In this document: positions 10,379 to 19,698 of the stretch, piece after piece
Numbering within the stretch: position 1 is the first letter of the stretch
Layout: each line of letters starts with the position of its first letter
Source: Caulobacterales bacterium
Lineage (GTDB): Bacteria > Pseudomonadota > Alphaproteobacteria > Caulobacterales > Caulobacteraceae
Direction of reading: 5' to 3'
Assembly: GCA_041308165.1 (NCBI GenBank)
Contig: JBFZCB010000001.1
Location: 1-54,796 of the forward strand
DNA length: 54,796 nucleotides
Made by a program: the position numbers and the translations under genes
The notes under the pieces: generated by a model
What the model was told of the DNA's origin: nothing
What the model saw: only the letters and a program-made list of their open reading frames with translations
Databases searched by the model: none

Positions 10379-10642
10379 GGCAGCCCCTCTGGCTGGCAGA
10401 CGCATCAGACTGAGACGTCTTCCTGTTCCCCAACGCATAGAGACGCGCTTTTCGTCAGAACCCGAATGACTTTAATCAAGGCGATCGGAACAGGGCCCTA
10501 GCGACGGCTATGGGCACCATCGGCGACACAGCCATAATGGCGGGCACCACGACAGTAATCCGCAACAGAGGTCCGGACGGCAACGCGGCCTTAAGCATTA
10601 ACCCTCATGTTAAACGGGTTCTATCTGCACGCTCGGATTTCC

Positions 10643-11512
10643 ATGTTCCAGATCATTGGCCTCGTCGTCCTGTTTGCCATGGTGTTCGGCGGTTACACCA
10701 TCTCCGGCGGCAAGATGTACGTAATCTTGAAGTCGCTGCCGTATGAGATGATGATGATCGGAGGTGCTGCGGTCGCGGCCACCCTGATTGCGAACTCCCC
10801 ATCCACGCTCAAAGGTATTCTCGGGGGCTTTGCGCGGACGTTCTCTGGGCCGAAGTGGAAGAAGGCCGATTACAAGGATCTGCTGGCGCTTCTGTTCCAG
10901 CTCACCAAGACCATGAAATCCAAGGGCGTGGTCGCGCTCGAAAGCCATATCGAAAAGCCTGGCGAGTCCGCGATCTTCCAGAAATACCCAAAGATCATGA
11001 AGGACCATTTCGCCACGGATTTCATCTGTGACACTCTGCGCATGATGACCATGAACCTGGAAGATCCTCACCAGATCGAGGACGCCATGGAAAAGCAGCT
11101 CGAAAAGCACCATCACGAAGCCCTCGATCCGGCCCATGCACTCCAGAACATGGCTGACGCCCTTCCCGCCCTGGGTATCGTCGCGGCCGTTCTGGGCGTG
11201 ATCAAGACCATGGGCTCCATTACAGAGCCCCCCGAGGTCCTGGGTGGCATGATTGGTGGTGCTCTTGTGGGTACCTTCCTCGGCGTGTTCCTGGCCTATG
11301 GCATAGTTGGTCCCCTGGCTGCCCGCCTGACCGGGATCATCAACGGGGACGGGGCCTTTTATAAGATCATCCAGTCCGTGCTGGTCGCCCACCTGCATGG
11401 TAATGCTGCCCAGATTTCATGCGAAATCGGTCGCGGCGACATCCCTTCCAATGCCCAGCCCTCCTTCAGCGAAATGGAAGAACACCTTTCGACCATCGGC
11501 AACGACGCCTGA
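10643..11512 (+). CDS. motA: Flagellar stator protein MotA
   Basis: MADALPALGIVAAVLGVIKTMGSI and GALVGTFLGVFLAYG signatures. Confidence 0.95.
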   Translation: MFQIIGLVVLFAMVFGGYTISGGKMYVILKSLPYEMMMIGGAAVAATLIANSPSTLKGILGGFARTFSGPKWKKADYKDLLALLFQLTKTMKSKGVVALESHIEKPGESAIFQKYPKIMKDHFATDFICDTLRMMTMNLEDPHQIEDAMEKQLEKHHHEALDPAHALQNMADALPALGIVAAVLGVIKTMGSITEPPEVLGGMIGGALVGTFLGVFLAYGIVGPLAARLTGIINGDGAFYKIIQSVLVAHLHGNAAQISCEIGRGDIPSNAQPSFSEMEEHLSTIGNDA

Positions 11513-11522
11513 TCCAGGCCTG

Positions 11523-11774
11523 ATGACCGATACCAAGCCCGGACCCGTTCACCTGATCAGCCCCCGTCGAGGCGGTCAGGCTCGCAATGGCGGTCTCGCC
11601 CTGGGGCTGTTAGCTGGCTTCCTGCTGGTCGGCTGTGCCGAACAGGCCGATCCATCCACAGGCAAGATGGCTTCCGATAGTCCCTCTGGCGCAAGCCTGA
11701 TCCTTGAGGCGGACGCCCCGCCTGCAGGCTCCGAGGCAGCCGAAGCCATCGGTCTGGAAACCGCAGCGAAGTGA
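11523..11774 (+). CDS. Small putative lipoprotein
   Basis: Hydrophobic stretch ending in lipobox LVGC. ATG is 10 nt after the motA stop. Confidence 0.5.
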   Translation: MTDTKPGPVHLISPRRGGQARNGGLALGLLAGFLLVGCAEQADPSTGKMASDSPSGASLILEADAPPAGSEAAEAIGLETAAK

Positions 11775-11879
11775 TGTCCGCAAAAAGCCGGCCCGAAAGG
11801 GGCTTGTGATTTCGCTCACGTTCCCGTTATCTGGCTGAGCGGGACTTCAAGATCCCGTGACATAGGAAGGAAGTCTACC

Positions 11880-12161
11880 ATGACCATCCGCAAATTATTG
11901 GCCGCTTCGGCCGTTGCTGCTGCCGCCTTCGCTATCGCAGCCTGCACCCCTGCTGCTGAAGAAAAGGCAGAAGATACCGCTGCTGCAGCGGCTGACACTG
12001 CAACTGACGCGGCTGCAACCGCTGATGCGGCGGCAACCGAGGCTGCCGCGGCCGCTGGTGAAGCCGGTGCTGCTGCCTCAATGGCCGTTGAGAAGGCCGG
12101 CGAAGCTGCAGCTGACGCTGCTGCCCCAGCTGCAGCTCCCGCTGCTGCGCCAGCACAGTAA
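11880..12161 (+). CDS. Ala-rich low-complexity lipoprotein
   Basis: MTIRK signal peptide with lipobox IAAC, AGGAAGG RBS and a downstream terminator. Confidence 0.8.
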   Translation: MTIRKLLAASAVAAAAFAIAACTPAAEEKAEDTAAAAADTATDAAATADAAATEAAAAAGEAGAAASMAVEKAGEAAADAAAPAAAPAAAPAQ

Positions 12162-12197
12162 ACGTCTCCATACGCAGCCTTCAGGGGCTGTGTTTGG

Positions 12198-12230
12198 GAA
12201 GGGGGTCGCCCATGGGCGGCCCCCTTTTTC
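12198..12230 (+). terminator. Rho-independent terminator
   Basis: GGGGGTCGCC-catg-GGCGGCCCCC stem followed by TTTTTC. Confidence 0.85.
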
Positions 12231-12266
12231 ATTTCCTGCCCTGTAAAGCCCCTGTAGTAGGATCCC

Positions 12267-14087
12267 ATGCCTGCGGATGCCGAACAAATCCCTTTCGGGG
12301 TGTCTTCAGCCTTGCTGGAATGGACTGAAGCTGGCGAGCCCCGCTCAAGCCGTTTCAATGATGTCTATTTTTCACGGGATGACGGACTGGCTGAAACCCG
12401 CAACGTCTTCCTGGAAGGTTGTGGCCTGGCTGAAGCCTGGCAGGGCCGAGATGTATTTGTAATCGCCGAGCTTGGCTTGGGCACAGGACTGAACGTCCTG
12501 GCGGCCATCGAACTCTGGCGCAGAACCGGCCCCTTGGAGGGCTGGCTTCATATCTTCAGTGTTGAAGCCTATCCGATGCATGCAGCTGAGGCTGCAAGGG
12601 CGCTCGCCTCTTGGCCTGAACTGGCCGACATTGCATCTGTGTTGTTTGAACGCTGGCCACAGTGGACACCGGGGAACCACAGAATCAGCCTTCCTGAGTT
12701 TCGGGTCACGCTCGATGTGACGGTCGGCGATGCGGGCCAGGCGCTGGAGCAGTGGGAGGGCCTGGCGGATGCCTGGTTCCTTGATGGTTTCTCGCCAGCC
12801 TTGAACCCGGACATGTGGAGCCAGACTGTACTTGACGGCATAGCCGCCAAGTCTGCACCGGGCGCAAGGCTGGCGACCTTTACCGTTGCCGGTTTCGTTC
12901 GCCGTGGCCTTTCCGAAAGAGGTTTTATTGTCGAGAAGCGACCCGGTCATGGCCGCAAGCGCGAAAGACTGCAGGCCCGACGCGAACAAGGCCTGGATGC
13001 ACCCGCACGGGCTGTACCCAACCCCAGACACAGGACCGTCACCATCGTCGGAGCCGGTATCGCAGGTGCCTCTGTGGCTCGCGCGCTCGCCGCTGCAGGC
13101 CAGCAGGTCCATGTCCTGGATCAGGACCATGCCGGTTCGGGGGCGTCCGGGTTTCCGGCAGCCCTGGTTACCCCTCGACTGGACGTCGGAGACAGCCTCA
13201 TCGCCGGCTTTCACGCCCAGGCCCTCCGCCGCGCAACTGACCTCTATCAGGCGATAGAGGGGGCAGTGACCGCTTCAGGTGTGGTGCAGTTGGAACAGGG
13301 GGATCGTGATGCAGCCAGATATGCCCGAATCTCGACACAACCTTTCTGGGGCCACGGCGACATGCAGCCCCTGTCGCCCCACGCTACAGCTGCCCTGACC
13401 GGCGAACCTCATACGACCGGTGGGCTCAACATGCTCGGAGCCCTAGCGATAAGGCCTGCCAGCGTCCTCCAGGCCTTTCTGGCCGGTGCCCGTGTCCAAA
13501 GGGGCCAGGTCAGTCGCATCGAGCCCTGCGGGTCCGGCTGGCGGACACTGGACCGCGAGGGCAATATTTTGAGTGAAAGCGATGAGCTTGTTCTGACAGC
13601 AGGTTGGGGGTTGGCCAATCTGCAACCCGCTTTGGCTCTCAGGCCTGTCCGGGGTCAGGCTGATTGGGTCGAGGATGTGCACTTCACCCCGGCCGTAGCC
13701 TGGGGAGGCTATGTCGTACCCATGGGACAGGGTGTTCTTTATGGTGCCACCCATTCCCGCGACGAGACCTCAACCGAGGTTCGACACCACGACAGCGCGC
13801 GAAACCGGGAAACGCTGGCTTCCCGACTTCCAGCCTTGGCATCCTTAATGGGGACAAGGCCCGTGAAAGCCCGTGCAGCGATCCGAGCGACCACAGGCGA
13901 TCGTCTGCCGGTTTGCGGCCCCGTGCCTGATCAGCCCGGCCTCTCTGTTCTGGGTGGGCTGGGATCGCGCGGCTTCTGCGTGGCCCCTCTGCTCGGCGAG
14001 CATCTGGCCGCAAGGTTGATGGAAAGACCTTCGCCGCTCCCCCGTGACTATGCCCTTCGCCTCGACTGTGCCCGGTTCAGATCCTGA
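12267..14087 (+). CDS. mnmC: Bifunctional tRNA mnm5s2U34 biosynthesis protein MnmC
   Basis: FNDVYFS, ELGLGTGLN, DAWFLDGFSP..NPDMW methyltransferase domain followed by a GAGIAG FAD oxidase domain with GLGSRG. Confidence 0.93.
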   Translation: MPADAEQIPFGVSSALLEWTEAGEPRSSRFNDVYFSRDDGLAETRNVFLEGCGLAEAWQGRDVFVIAELGLGTGLNVLAAIELWRRTGPLEGWLHIFSVEAYPMHAAEAARALASWPELADIASVLFERWPQWTPGNHRISLPEFRVTLDVTVGDAGQALEQWEGLADAWFLDGFSPALNPDMWSQTVLDGIAAKSAPGARLATFTVAGFVRRGLSERGFIVEKRPGHGRKRERLQARREQGLDAPARAVPNPRHRTVTIVGAGIAGASVARALAAAGQQVHVLDQDHAGSGASGFPAALVTPRLDVGDSLIAGFHAQALRRATDLYQAIEGAVTASGVVQLEQGDRDAARYARISTQPFWGHGDMQPLSPHATAALTGEPHTTGGLNMLGALAIRPASVLQAFLAGARVQRGQVSRIEPCGSGWRTLDREGNILSESDELVLTAGWGLANLQPALALRPVRGQADWVEDVHFTPAVAWGGYVVPMGQGVLYGATHSRDETSTEVRHHDSARNRETLASRLPALASLMGTRPVKARAAIRATTGDRLPVCGPVPDQPGLSVLGGLGSRGFCVAPLLGEHLAARLMERPSPLPRDYALRLDCARFRS

Positions 14088-14227
14088 TCAGGGTCTTGAA
14101 AGGGCCATTCGATCATCACGGCCCCACAGGCGCTAACCTAGTGACCCCATCTGCCCGCGCCCCGGAGCCCCCCAGGGACCTGTCGCCTATCACGCGAACG
14201 CGGTTGTACCTGGTCGATTAGGAAATA

Positions 14228-14243
14228 TTAACGCGGCCTTAAC
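14228..14243 (+). promoter_or_regulatory. CtrA binding site (perfect consensus)
   Basis: TTAA-cgcggcc-TTAAC, 35 nt upstream of the sugar transferase ORF. Confidence 0.75.
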
Positions 14244-14277
14244 GGGCAAGGCTCGGTCAACGGGGCCTGTAAACCGC

Positions 14278-14967
14278 ATGTTCTCCAGCTGGTCAGAAGA
14301 TCCGGTGAGCACCACCCACGCCCCTGCCCGGTTCTGCCCTGCCGCTTCCCTCCGCATGGAGCGGGATCGATGGGCACAATCAGCCAGGCTGAAGAGAATC
14401 CTTGACCTGATGGCCGGGGTCCTTGCGCGGATATTGCTGTCACCCCTTCTGTGCGCAATCGCTGCACTTGTTGGGCTGACGTCTGATGGACCGATCCTGT
14501 TCAGGCAGCGTCGCACCGGTCTCAACGGTGCTGTGTTCACCATCTTCAAATTCCGTACCATGACTGTGATGGAGGACGGTGACCGCATCTCCCATGCCTG
14601 TCGTCACGATGGACGCGTCACCGCCCTGGGGGCTGTGTTGCGCAGGACAAGCCTGGACGAGTTGCCCCAACTCCTCAATGTGATCAGGGGAGAGATGTCC
14701 ATTGTGGGTCCAAGGCCGCATGCTCTGGCCCACGATGCCCATTACAGTGCCCTCCTGCCCGGCTATAACGAACGCTTTCGTGTCCGGCCGGGCCTCACAG
14801 GCTATGCTCAGATCAAGGGCCTGCGCGGAGAAATCCACAAACTGGACTGTATGGCCAGGCGTATCGAGGCTGACACAGCCTATGCGAGGAATTGGTCGCT
14901 CCTGGGCGACCTCGGAATCCTGTTGCATACGGTTCCGGTGCTGCTGTCTCAAGAAAACGCGTACTGA
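14278..14967 (+). CDS. Polyisoprenyl-phosphate sugar phosphotransferase (PssY/PssZ/HfsE-like)
   Basis: LKRILDL, KFRTM, LRRTSLDELPQL.NV..GEMSIVGPRP, RPGLTGYAQ. The start is uncertain. Confidence 0.88.
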   Translation: MFSSWSEDPVSTTHAPARFCPAASLRMERDRWAQSARLKRILDLMAGVLARILLSPLLCAIAALVGLTSDGPILFRQRRTGLNGAVFTIFKFRTMTVMEDGDRISHACRHDGRVTALGAVLRRTSLDELPQLLNVIRGEMSIVGPRPHALAHDAHYSALLPGYNERFRVRPGLTGYAQIKGLRGEIHKLDCMARRIEADTAYARNWSLLGDLGILLHTVPVLLSQENAY

Positions 14968-15069
14968 CAGCACTGCTCGCAGAAAGGTCACTTGCGTTCA
15001 TCACGATGAACCGGCAATCGGCCTTATCAGGCCACAGACGGCAACGGTCCTGATCAGAGCGAGATTACC

Positions 15070-16392
15070 ATGCGCGTTGCAATGATCGGAACGGGGTATG
15101 TCGGCCTGGTCTCAGGGGCCTGTTTTGCCGACTTTGGACATGTCGTCACCTGCATTGACAAGGACGCCTCCAAGATCGCCCGGCTGGAGGCTGGCGAGAT
15201 TCCGATTTTCGAACCGGGCCTTGATACCCTGGTCGAGGCCAATGTCCGCGGCGGACGACTGTTCTTCACCCTTGACGGGGCTGAGGCCATTGCCCATGCA
15301 GACGCTGTCTTCATTGGCGTGGGAACGCCTTCAAGGCGCGGTGACGGCCATGCTGACCTCAGCTACGTCTATGCCGCCGCCGCCGAGATCGCCGACCTGA
15401 TCAGGGGGTTCACGGTCATTGTGACCAAGTCCACTGTACCCGTCGGTACCGGCGACGAGATCGAGCGTATCATCCGAGAGCGCCGCCCGGACGCAGATTT
15501 TGCAGTGGTTTCCAATCCCGAATTCCTGCGAGAGGGGGCCGCCATAGAGGACTTCAAGCGCCCTGATCGCGTTGTCATTGGCGTGAATGACATCGAGGGG
15601 CCGACCGGATCCAGAGCCCGCGCTGTCATGGCCGAGATTTATCGGCCACTGAACCTGAACGAGAGCCCGCTCCTCTTTACCGAACGGCGGACCTCAGAAC
15701 TCATCAAATACGCCGCCAATGCTTTTCTGGCCATGAAGATCACCTTCATCAACGAGATGGCGGACCTTTGCGAAAAGGTCGGAGCCGATGTGCAGCAGGT
15801 CGCGCGCGGCATTGGCCTGGACAAGCGGATCGGTGGCAAGTTCCTCCATGCCGGTCCGGGCTATGGCGGATCCTGTTTTCCAAAGGACACCCTAGCTCTG
15901 GTGCGTACAGCGACCGACGCGGGCAGTCCGGTACGCCTGATCGAGACAACCGTCGCCGTCAACGACGCCCGCAAGGCTGGCCTGGTCGAGCGTGTTCACA
16001 AGACGCTGGGTGAGGACCTCAAGGGCCGCACCGTCGCCCTGCTCGGCCTGACGTTCAAGCCCAATACCGACGACATGCGCGATGCACCGGCACTAGACCT
16101 GGTCCCGGCACTCATCAAGGCGGGCGCAACCGTTAGAGCCTATGATCCCGAAGGCATGAAGGAGGCCGCCGCTCTCATGCCCGACCTGGTCATGACACCG
16201 GGTCCGTATGACGCAGTGATGGGGGCCGATGCGGTAGTCATCGTCACGGAATGGGATCAGTTCCGCGCCCTGGACCTTGACCGGATCAAGCTTATGATGG
16301 CCAGGCCCGTGATGGTCGATCTCAGGAACGTCTATCGCCCGGAGGACATGAGAGCGCGTGGCTTTGTCTATTCGGGCATAGGCAGGCCCTGA
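15070..16392 (+). CDS. ugd: UDP-glucose 6-dehydrogenase
   Basis: GTGYVGL, KSTVPVGT, SNPEFLREG, GYGGSCFPKD, FKPNTDDMR. Confidence 0.95.
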   Translation: MRVAMIGTGYVGLVSGACFADFGHVVTCIDKDASKIARLEAGEIPIFEPGLDTLVEANVRGGRLFFTLDGAEAIAHADAVFIGVGTPSRRGDGHADLSYVYAAAAEIADLIRGFTVIVTKSTVPVGTGDEIERIIRERRPDADFAVVSNPEFLREGAAIEDFKRPDRVVIGVNDIEGPTGSRARAVMAEIYRPLNLNESPLLFTERRTSELIKYAANAFLAMKITFINEMADLCEKVGADVQQVARGIGLDKRIGGKFLHAGPGYGGSCFPKDTLALVRTATDAGSPVRLIETTVAVNDARKAGLVERVHKTLGEDLKGRTVALLGLTFKPNTDDMRDAPALDLVPALIKAGATVRAYDPEGMKEAAALMPDLVMTPGPYDAVMGADAVVIVTEWDQFRALDLDRIKLMMARPVMVDLRNVYRPEDMRARGFVYSGIGRP

Positions 16393-16543
16393 ACTCGAGC
16401 GCGCCTGATCCGGGGCAACCGGGTCCAACTTGCTTTTTTATCAACAATCCAAGTCCGCCAGAAAACAGTCTGGGGCCGCGATGTCGCGCCTGCGGCAAGA
16501 GAGGATCAGACAGTCTGGTAAGCCCCGGCCGCCATCACGGGAC

Positions 16544-16900
16544 TTAGGCCGCAATCATCCGATCTACTTCGCTGACAAGGTCGCGCAGATGGACTGGTTT
16601 TGACAGGACCTTGGCCTGGGGCGAGGACTGGGCAGCCGAGAGGGCCACTGCGGCAAAACCGGTGATGAACATGATGCGCAAACCCGGGATGCGCGCTGCC
16701 GCGACGCGGGCAACCTCTATGCCATCAGCTCCCGGCATGACGATGTCGGTCAAGAGAAGGTCATAGGGCCCGTCATTGAGGGCATCGATCGCATCGTCGC
16801 CATTCTCACAGTCCACAACCTGATGACCTGCCTTCTCGAGGGCACGGGTCAAAAACCCCCTTAGGGAGGCGTCATCTTCGGCCAGCAGGATACGCGCCAT
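16544..16900 (-). CDS. cpdR: Single-domain response regulator CpdR
   Basis: MARILLAEDD, LLLTDIVMP, MFITGFAAVAL, KVLSKPVHLRDLV. Divergent from N-formylglutamate amidohydrolase, the conserved synteny. Confidence 0.93.
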   Translation of the reverse strand: MARILLAEDDASLRGFLTRALEKAGHQVVDCENGDDAIDALNDGPYDLLLTDIVMPGADGIEVARVAAARIPGLRIMFITGFAAVALSAAQSSPQAKVLSKPVHLRDLVSEVDRMIAA

Positions 16901-17022
16901 GGTCTCTTCCTTGATCTTTAGGGATCAGGTTAGCCCTGGAAGGGTAAACTCCCCATGAAAAAACGCAGCTGCAGGATCCGACAGCTTGTGGACAGCACCA
17001 CGAAACCGTCTATGCGCGAGGG

Positions 17023-17889
17023 ATGGTTTTAAGTGCCATTACAGATGAACCGAGCTTTGAAATCCGCCGTCCGACGCGATCGACGGGTGCCTTTGTGTTT
17101 GCCTCGCCCCATTCGGGTCGTCGCTATCCTGCGGATATGGGGATCAGAGCGGCCTTGAGCGCAAGCTCTCTGCGCAGCGCCGAAGACAGCGGGGTCGATC
17201 AGCTGGTGGAGGCTGCGCCTGAGCTGGGCGTCCCTCTCATCGTGGCCCATGTCAGCCGAACCTATGTCGATCTGAACCGAGCGCCTTGCGACCTTGATCC
17301 TTTGCTCATCCAAGACGTTCCAGGCCCTGGCCTTGAGGGAACGGCGGGTGCAAGGGTTGCTGCAGGCTATGGGGTCATCCCGCGCAGGACCGGAGATGGA
17401 CAGGATATCTACGATCGATCGCTGACCATGGCCGAGGCGGTGGCAAGACTTCAGGCGATCCATCAACCCTACCATGCCGCCCTGGGACTGCTGATGCACG
17501 AGGCCAGGGCGCAGCATGGCTCGGCACTCCTGCTTGACTGGCATTCCATGCCCAGCACGATCGGAAACGCAAGGCGCGGTGCTCGCGGACCTGATGTTGT
17601 GATCGGGGACCGACATGGAACAAGCTGTGATGTCCGGTTGACCCGGCGGCTTTGCAGCCTGTTTGAGCAGTCAGGCTGGACCGTTGCCCTGAACAGACCC
17701 TTTGCCGGTGGATACACCACCCAGACATGGGGGCGGCCGGAGCAGAATTTTCATGGTATCCAGATCGAGCTGAACCGAGCCCTCTATCTGGATGAGGTCA
17801 CCCGCAACCCCTCTGCAGCGCACTCACGCTGCCGTGGGATCGTCGAGCGCATAACCCGGTCCCTTCATGAAGCCGGCTGGCGCCCTTAG
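17023..17889 (+). CDS. N-formylglutamate amidohydrolase
   Basis: ASPHSG, YVDLNR, LLDWHSMPS, NRPFAGGY, IQIELNRALY. Confidence 0.9.
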   Translation: MVLSAITDEPSFEIRRPTRSTGAFVFASPHSGRRYPADMGIRAALSASSLRSAEDSGVDQLVEAAPELGVPLIVAHVSRTYVDLNRAPCDLDPLLIQDVPGPGLEGTAGARVAAGYGVIPRRTGDGQDIYDRSLTMAEAVARLQAIHQPYHAALGLLMHEARAQHGSALLLDWHSMPSTIGNARRGARGPDVVIGDRHGTSCDVRLTRRLCSLFEQSGWTVALNRPFAGGYTTQTWGRPEQNFHGIQIELNRALYLDEVTRNPSAAHSRCRGIVERITRSLHEAGWRP

Positions 17890-17978
17890 GTCGCAGCGCC
17901 CGCCAACGCCCGATCCGGATGCGGTAAAGCTGGGACGTAAAGCTGGGGACTAAGGCCATGCAGGCCGCCCGGAGACTT

Positions 17979-18062
17979 AAAAAAAAGCCGCGCCCGAAGG
18001 CGCGGCATAAAAGTCTATAGGGAGGAAACGCCCAGGAAGGGCAAGACGCCCGGAGGCGTCGA
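17979..18062 (-). ncRNA. alpha-r8 family sRNA (suhB/MmgR-like)
   Basis: The minus strand reads hairpin GACGCCTCCGGGCGTC, hairpin GCCCTTCCTGGGC, core TTTCCTCCCT (18019-18028), then terminator GCCGCGCC-ttcg-GGCGCGGC-T8. It is convergent with N-formylglutamate amidohydrolase, as described for mmgR. Confidence 0.85.
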
Positions 18063-18068
18063 AGTTCA

Positions 18069-18097
18069 ATCTAGGTTGCAATGCACAATGGGTCAAG
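18069..18097 (-). promoter_or_regulatory. Sigma70-type promoter of the sRNA with a TTGTGCA heptamer
   Basis: CTTGAC-N17-CTAGAT with TTGTGCA (18082-18088) in the spacer. Confidence 0.75.
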
Positions 18098-18242
18098 CGG
18101 CGATTTGTCCGCTTCAATCACGCCTTGTAACGTCATTGTAATCGGTTCCATTGATACAAATAGGCCTTTTTCTGCGACCCCGCTGATTCAGCCGAGGGTA
18201 GAAGACAAAGATATATCGCAACTGCGAAAAGATTAGTCTGCA

Positions 18243-18959
18243 TCACGGTGAGGCGCGATCGGCCTCACCCTCGGTGGGGTTATCCAAAAGGCGATGAGCC
18301 GTGCGAATCGCTCTGGCTGCCGGAGACGCGGCCTGACGCCAGACAAGAAGAGCAAAGGCAGAAACCACCCCTGCTGCCAGCCAGATCGGTCCGAACAGCC
18401 ACGCGCTGGCAGCGAGCGCGAAATAGTATCCGCGCACACCCTGGCTGAAGGCCGCCAAGGCAGGGTTCAGAACGGCTGCGGTTGCCCTGCCAAAGGCATC
18501 CAGATCCTGCCTGTCGGTCAAACACTCCGATGCACCGATCAGGGCAAGGGCATAGTTCATCTGGCGGATCGACCAGATAAAATCCAAAAGTCCCCGGGCC
18601 AGACAGGCCAGCACGAGGGCCAGCTTGGCTTCAAGAACCCAGGCCGCCGGGGTCTCCGCACCCACAGCCACAAAACTCTTTAGGGCGGCATCTCCGCCAA
18701 AAAGCAGCCCCCCCACACCGGCAATAAGCAAAAGGTTCGAGGAGGCGAAAAAGGACCCTGAGTTAATCGAGTGACCAAGCAGCTGACTGTCCAGAAGCTT
18801 CACCTCCCGTCGGGTCATGGCCAGCATCCAAGACCGGCGAATGGTGAGCATATCCCGGTTCAGGGCCCCGTATCGCCGCGACATCAACCGAAGGAGTGGA
18901 TCATAGCCAAGCCAGCACAGGAAAAAGAGCGCCAGCGCAGCCCAGTCGAGGTTCGTCAT
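18243..18959 (-). CDS. DUF599 family membrane protein
   Basis: RRSWM, SFFASSNLLLIAG, FIWSIRQMNY, FSQGVRGYYFA. ATG at 18959. Confidence 0.85.
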   Translation of the reverse strand: MTNLDWAALALFFLCWLGYDPLLRLMSRRYGALNRDMLTIRRSWMLAMTRREVKLLDSQLLGHSINSGSFFASSNLLLIAGVGGLLFGGDAALKSFVAVGAETPAAWVLEAKLALVLACLARGLLDFIWSIRQMNYALALIGASECLTDRQDLDAFGRATAAVLNPALAAFSQGVRGYYFALAASAWLFGPIWLAAGVVSAFALLVWRQAASPAARAIRTAHRLLDNPTEGEADRASP

Positions 18960-19093
18960 CTCTTTGCCGTCATTACAACGGTCCCTGCAGACCTTGGTCG
19001 ATATGCCTATAAGGCTTCCCCGCTTGCTCAAATACCGCCACGGGCTTATTGAGCCGGACTTTCATTTCGCAATCGCACAATTTCGAGCCCGCC

Positions 19094-19657
19094 ATGAACC
19101 TTGACGCTATTCCGGTCGGCCCCAACGCGCCCTGGGACATCAATGTCATCATCGAGATTCCTCAGGGTGGTCTGCCCGTAAAGTACGAAATGGACAAGGC
19201 GTCCGGTGCCCTGTTCGTTGACCGCTTCCTGCATACAGCGATGTACTATCCCGGCAACTATGGCTTCATTCCCCATACGCTTTCCGACGATGGCGACCCC
19301 TGCGACGTGATTGTGCTCAATCCCACGCCAGTGGTCCCGGGCTGCGTGATCCGCTCACGCCCGATAGGTGTGCTGAAGATGGTCGATGAAGCCGGGGGGG
19401 ACGAGAAGATCCTGGCCGTACCCGTGGACAAGCTGAACCCCTATTACACCGAGATCGCCAGTTACCGTCAGCTGCCTGTCATTCTGATCGAGCAGATCGA
19501 ACACTTCTTCACCCGTTACAAGGATCTGGAGAAGGGCAAGTCCGTCTCGGTGACCGGCTGGGGTGATGCAGGTGAGGCCGCAGAGCTGATCGCCCTGGGA
19601 ATGAAGGCCCACATTGAAAAGCACAAGAAACCTGAAGTGCCCGCCAACGCGGCTTAA
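19094..19657 (+). CDS. ppa: Inorganic pyrophosphatase
   Basis: [45 protein letters not shown]. Confidence 0.96.
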   Translation: MNLDAIPVGPNAPWDINVIIEIPQGGLPVKYEMDKASGALFVDRFLHTAMYYPGNYGFIPHTLSDDGDPCDVIVLNPTPVVPGCVIRSRPIGVLKMVDEAGGDEKILAVPVDKLNPYYTEIASYRQLPVILIEQIEHFFTRYKDLEKGKSVSVTGWGDAGEAAELIALGMKAHIEKHKKPEVPANAA

Positions 19658-19698
19658 TACCCTTTCGCCGGAAGGCGCGTCAGGGTAGCTGAATACTC

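Noticed and set aside
10591..10615. CtrA box upstream of motA
   Set aside because: Three TTAA sites are present but spaced by 3 and 8 nt, not 7. Half-site binding is possible but was not called.
16929..16949. Imperfect palindrome in the cpdR promoter region
   Set aside because: It does not fit CtrA spacing and is too degenerate to assign.
17924..17950. Tandem GTAAAGCTGGG(G)AC duplication as a CRISPR or iteron
   Set aside because: Only two adjacent copies with no spacer. Probably a slippage duplication.
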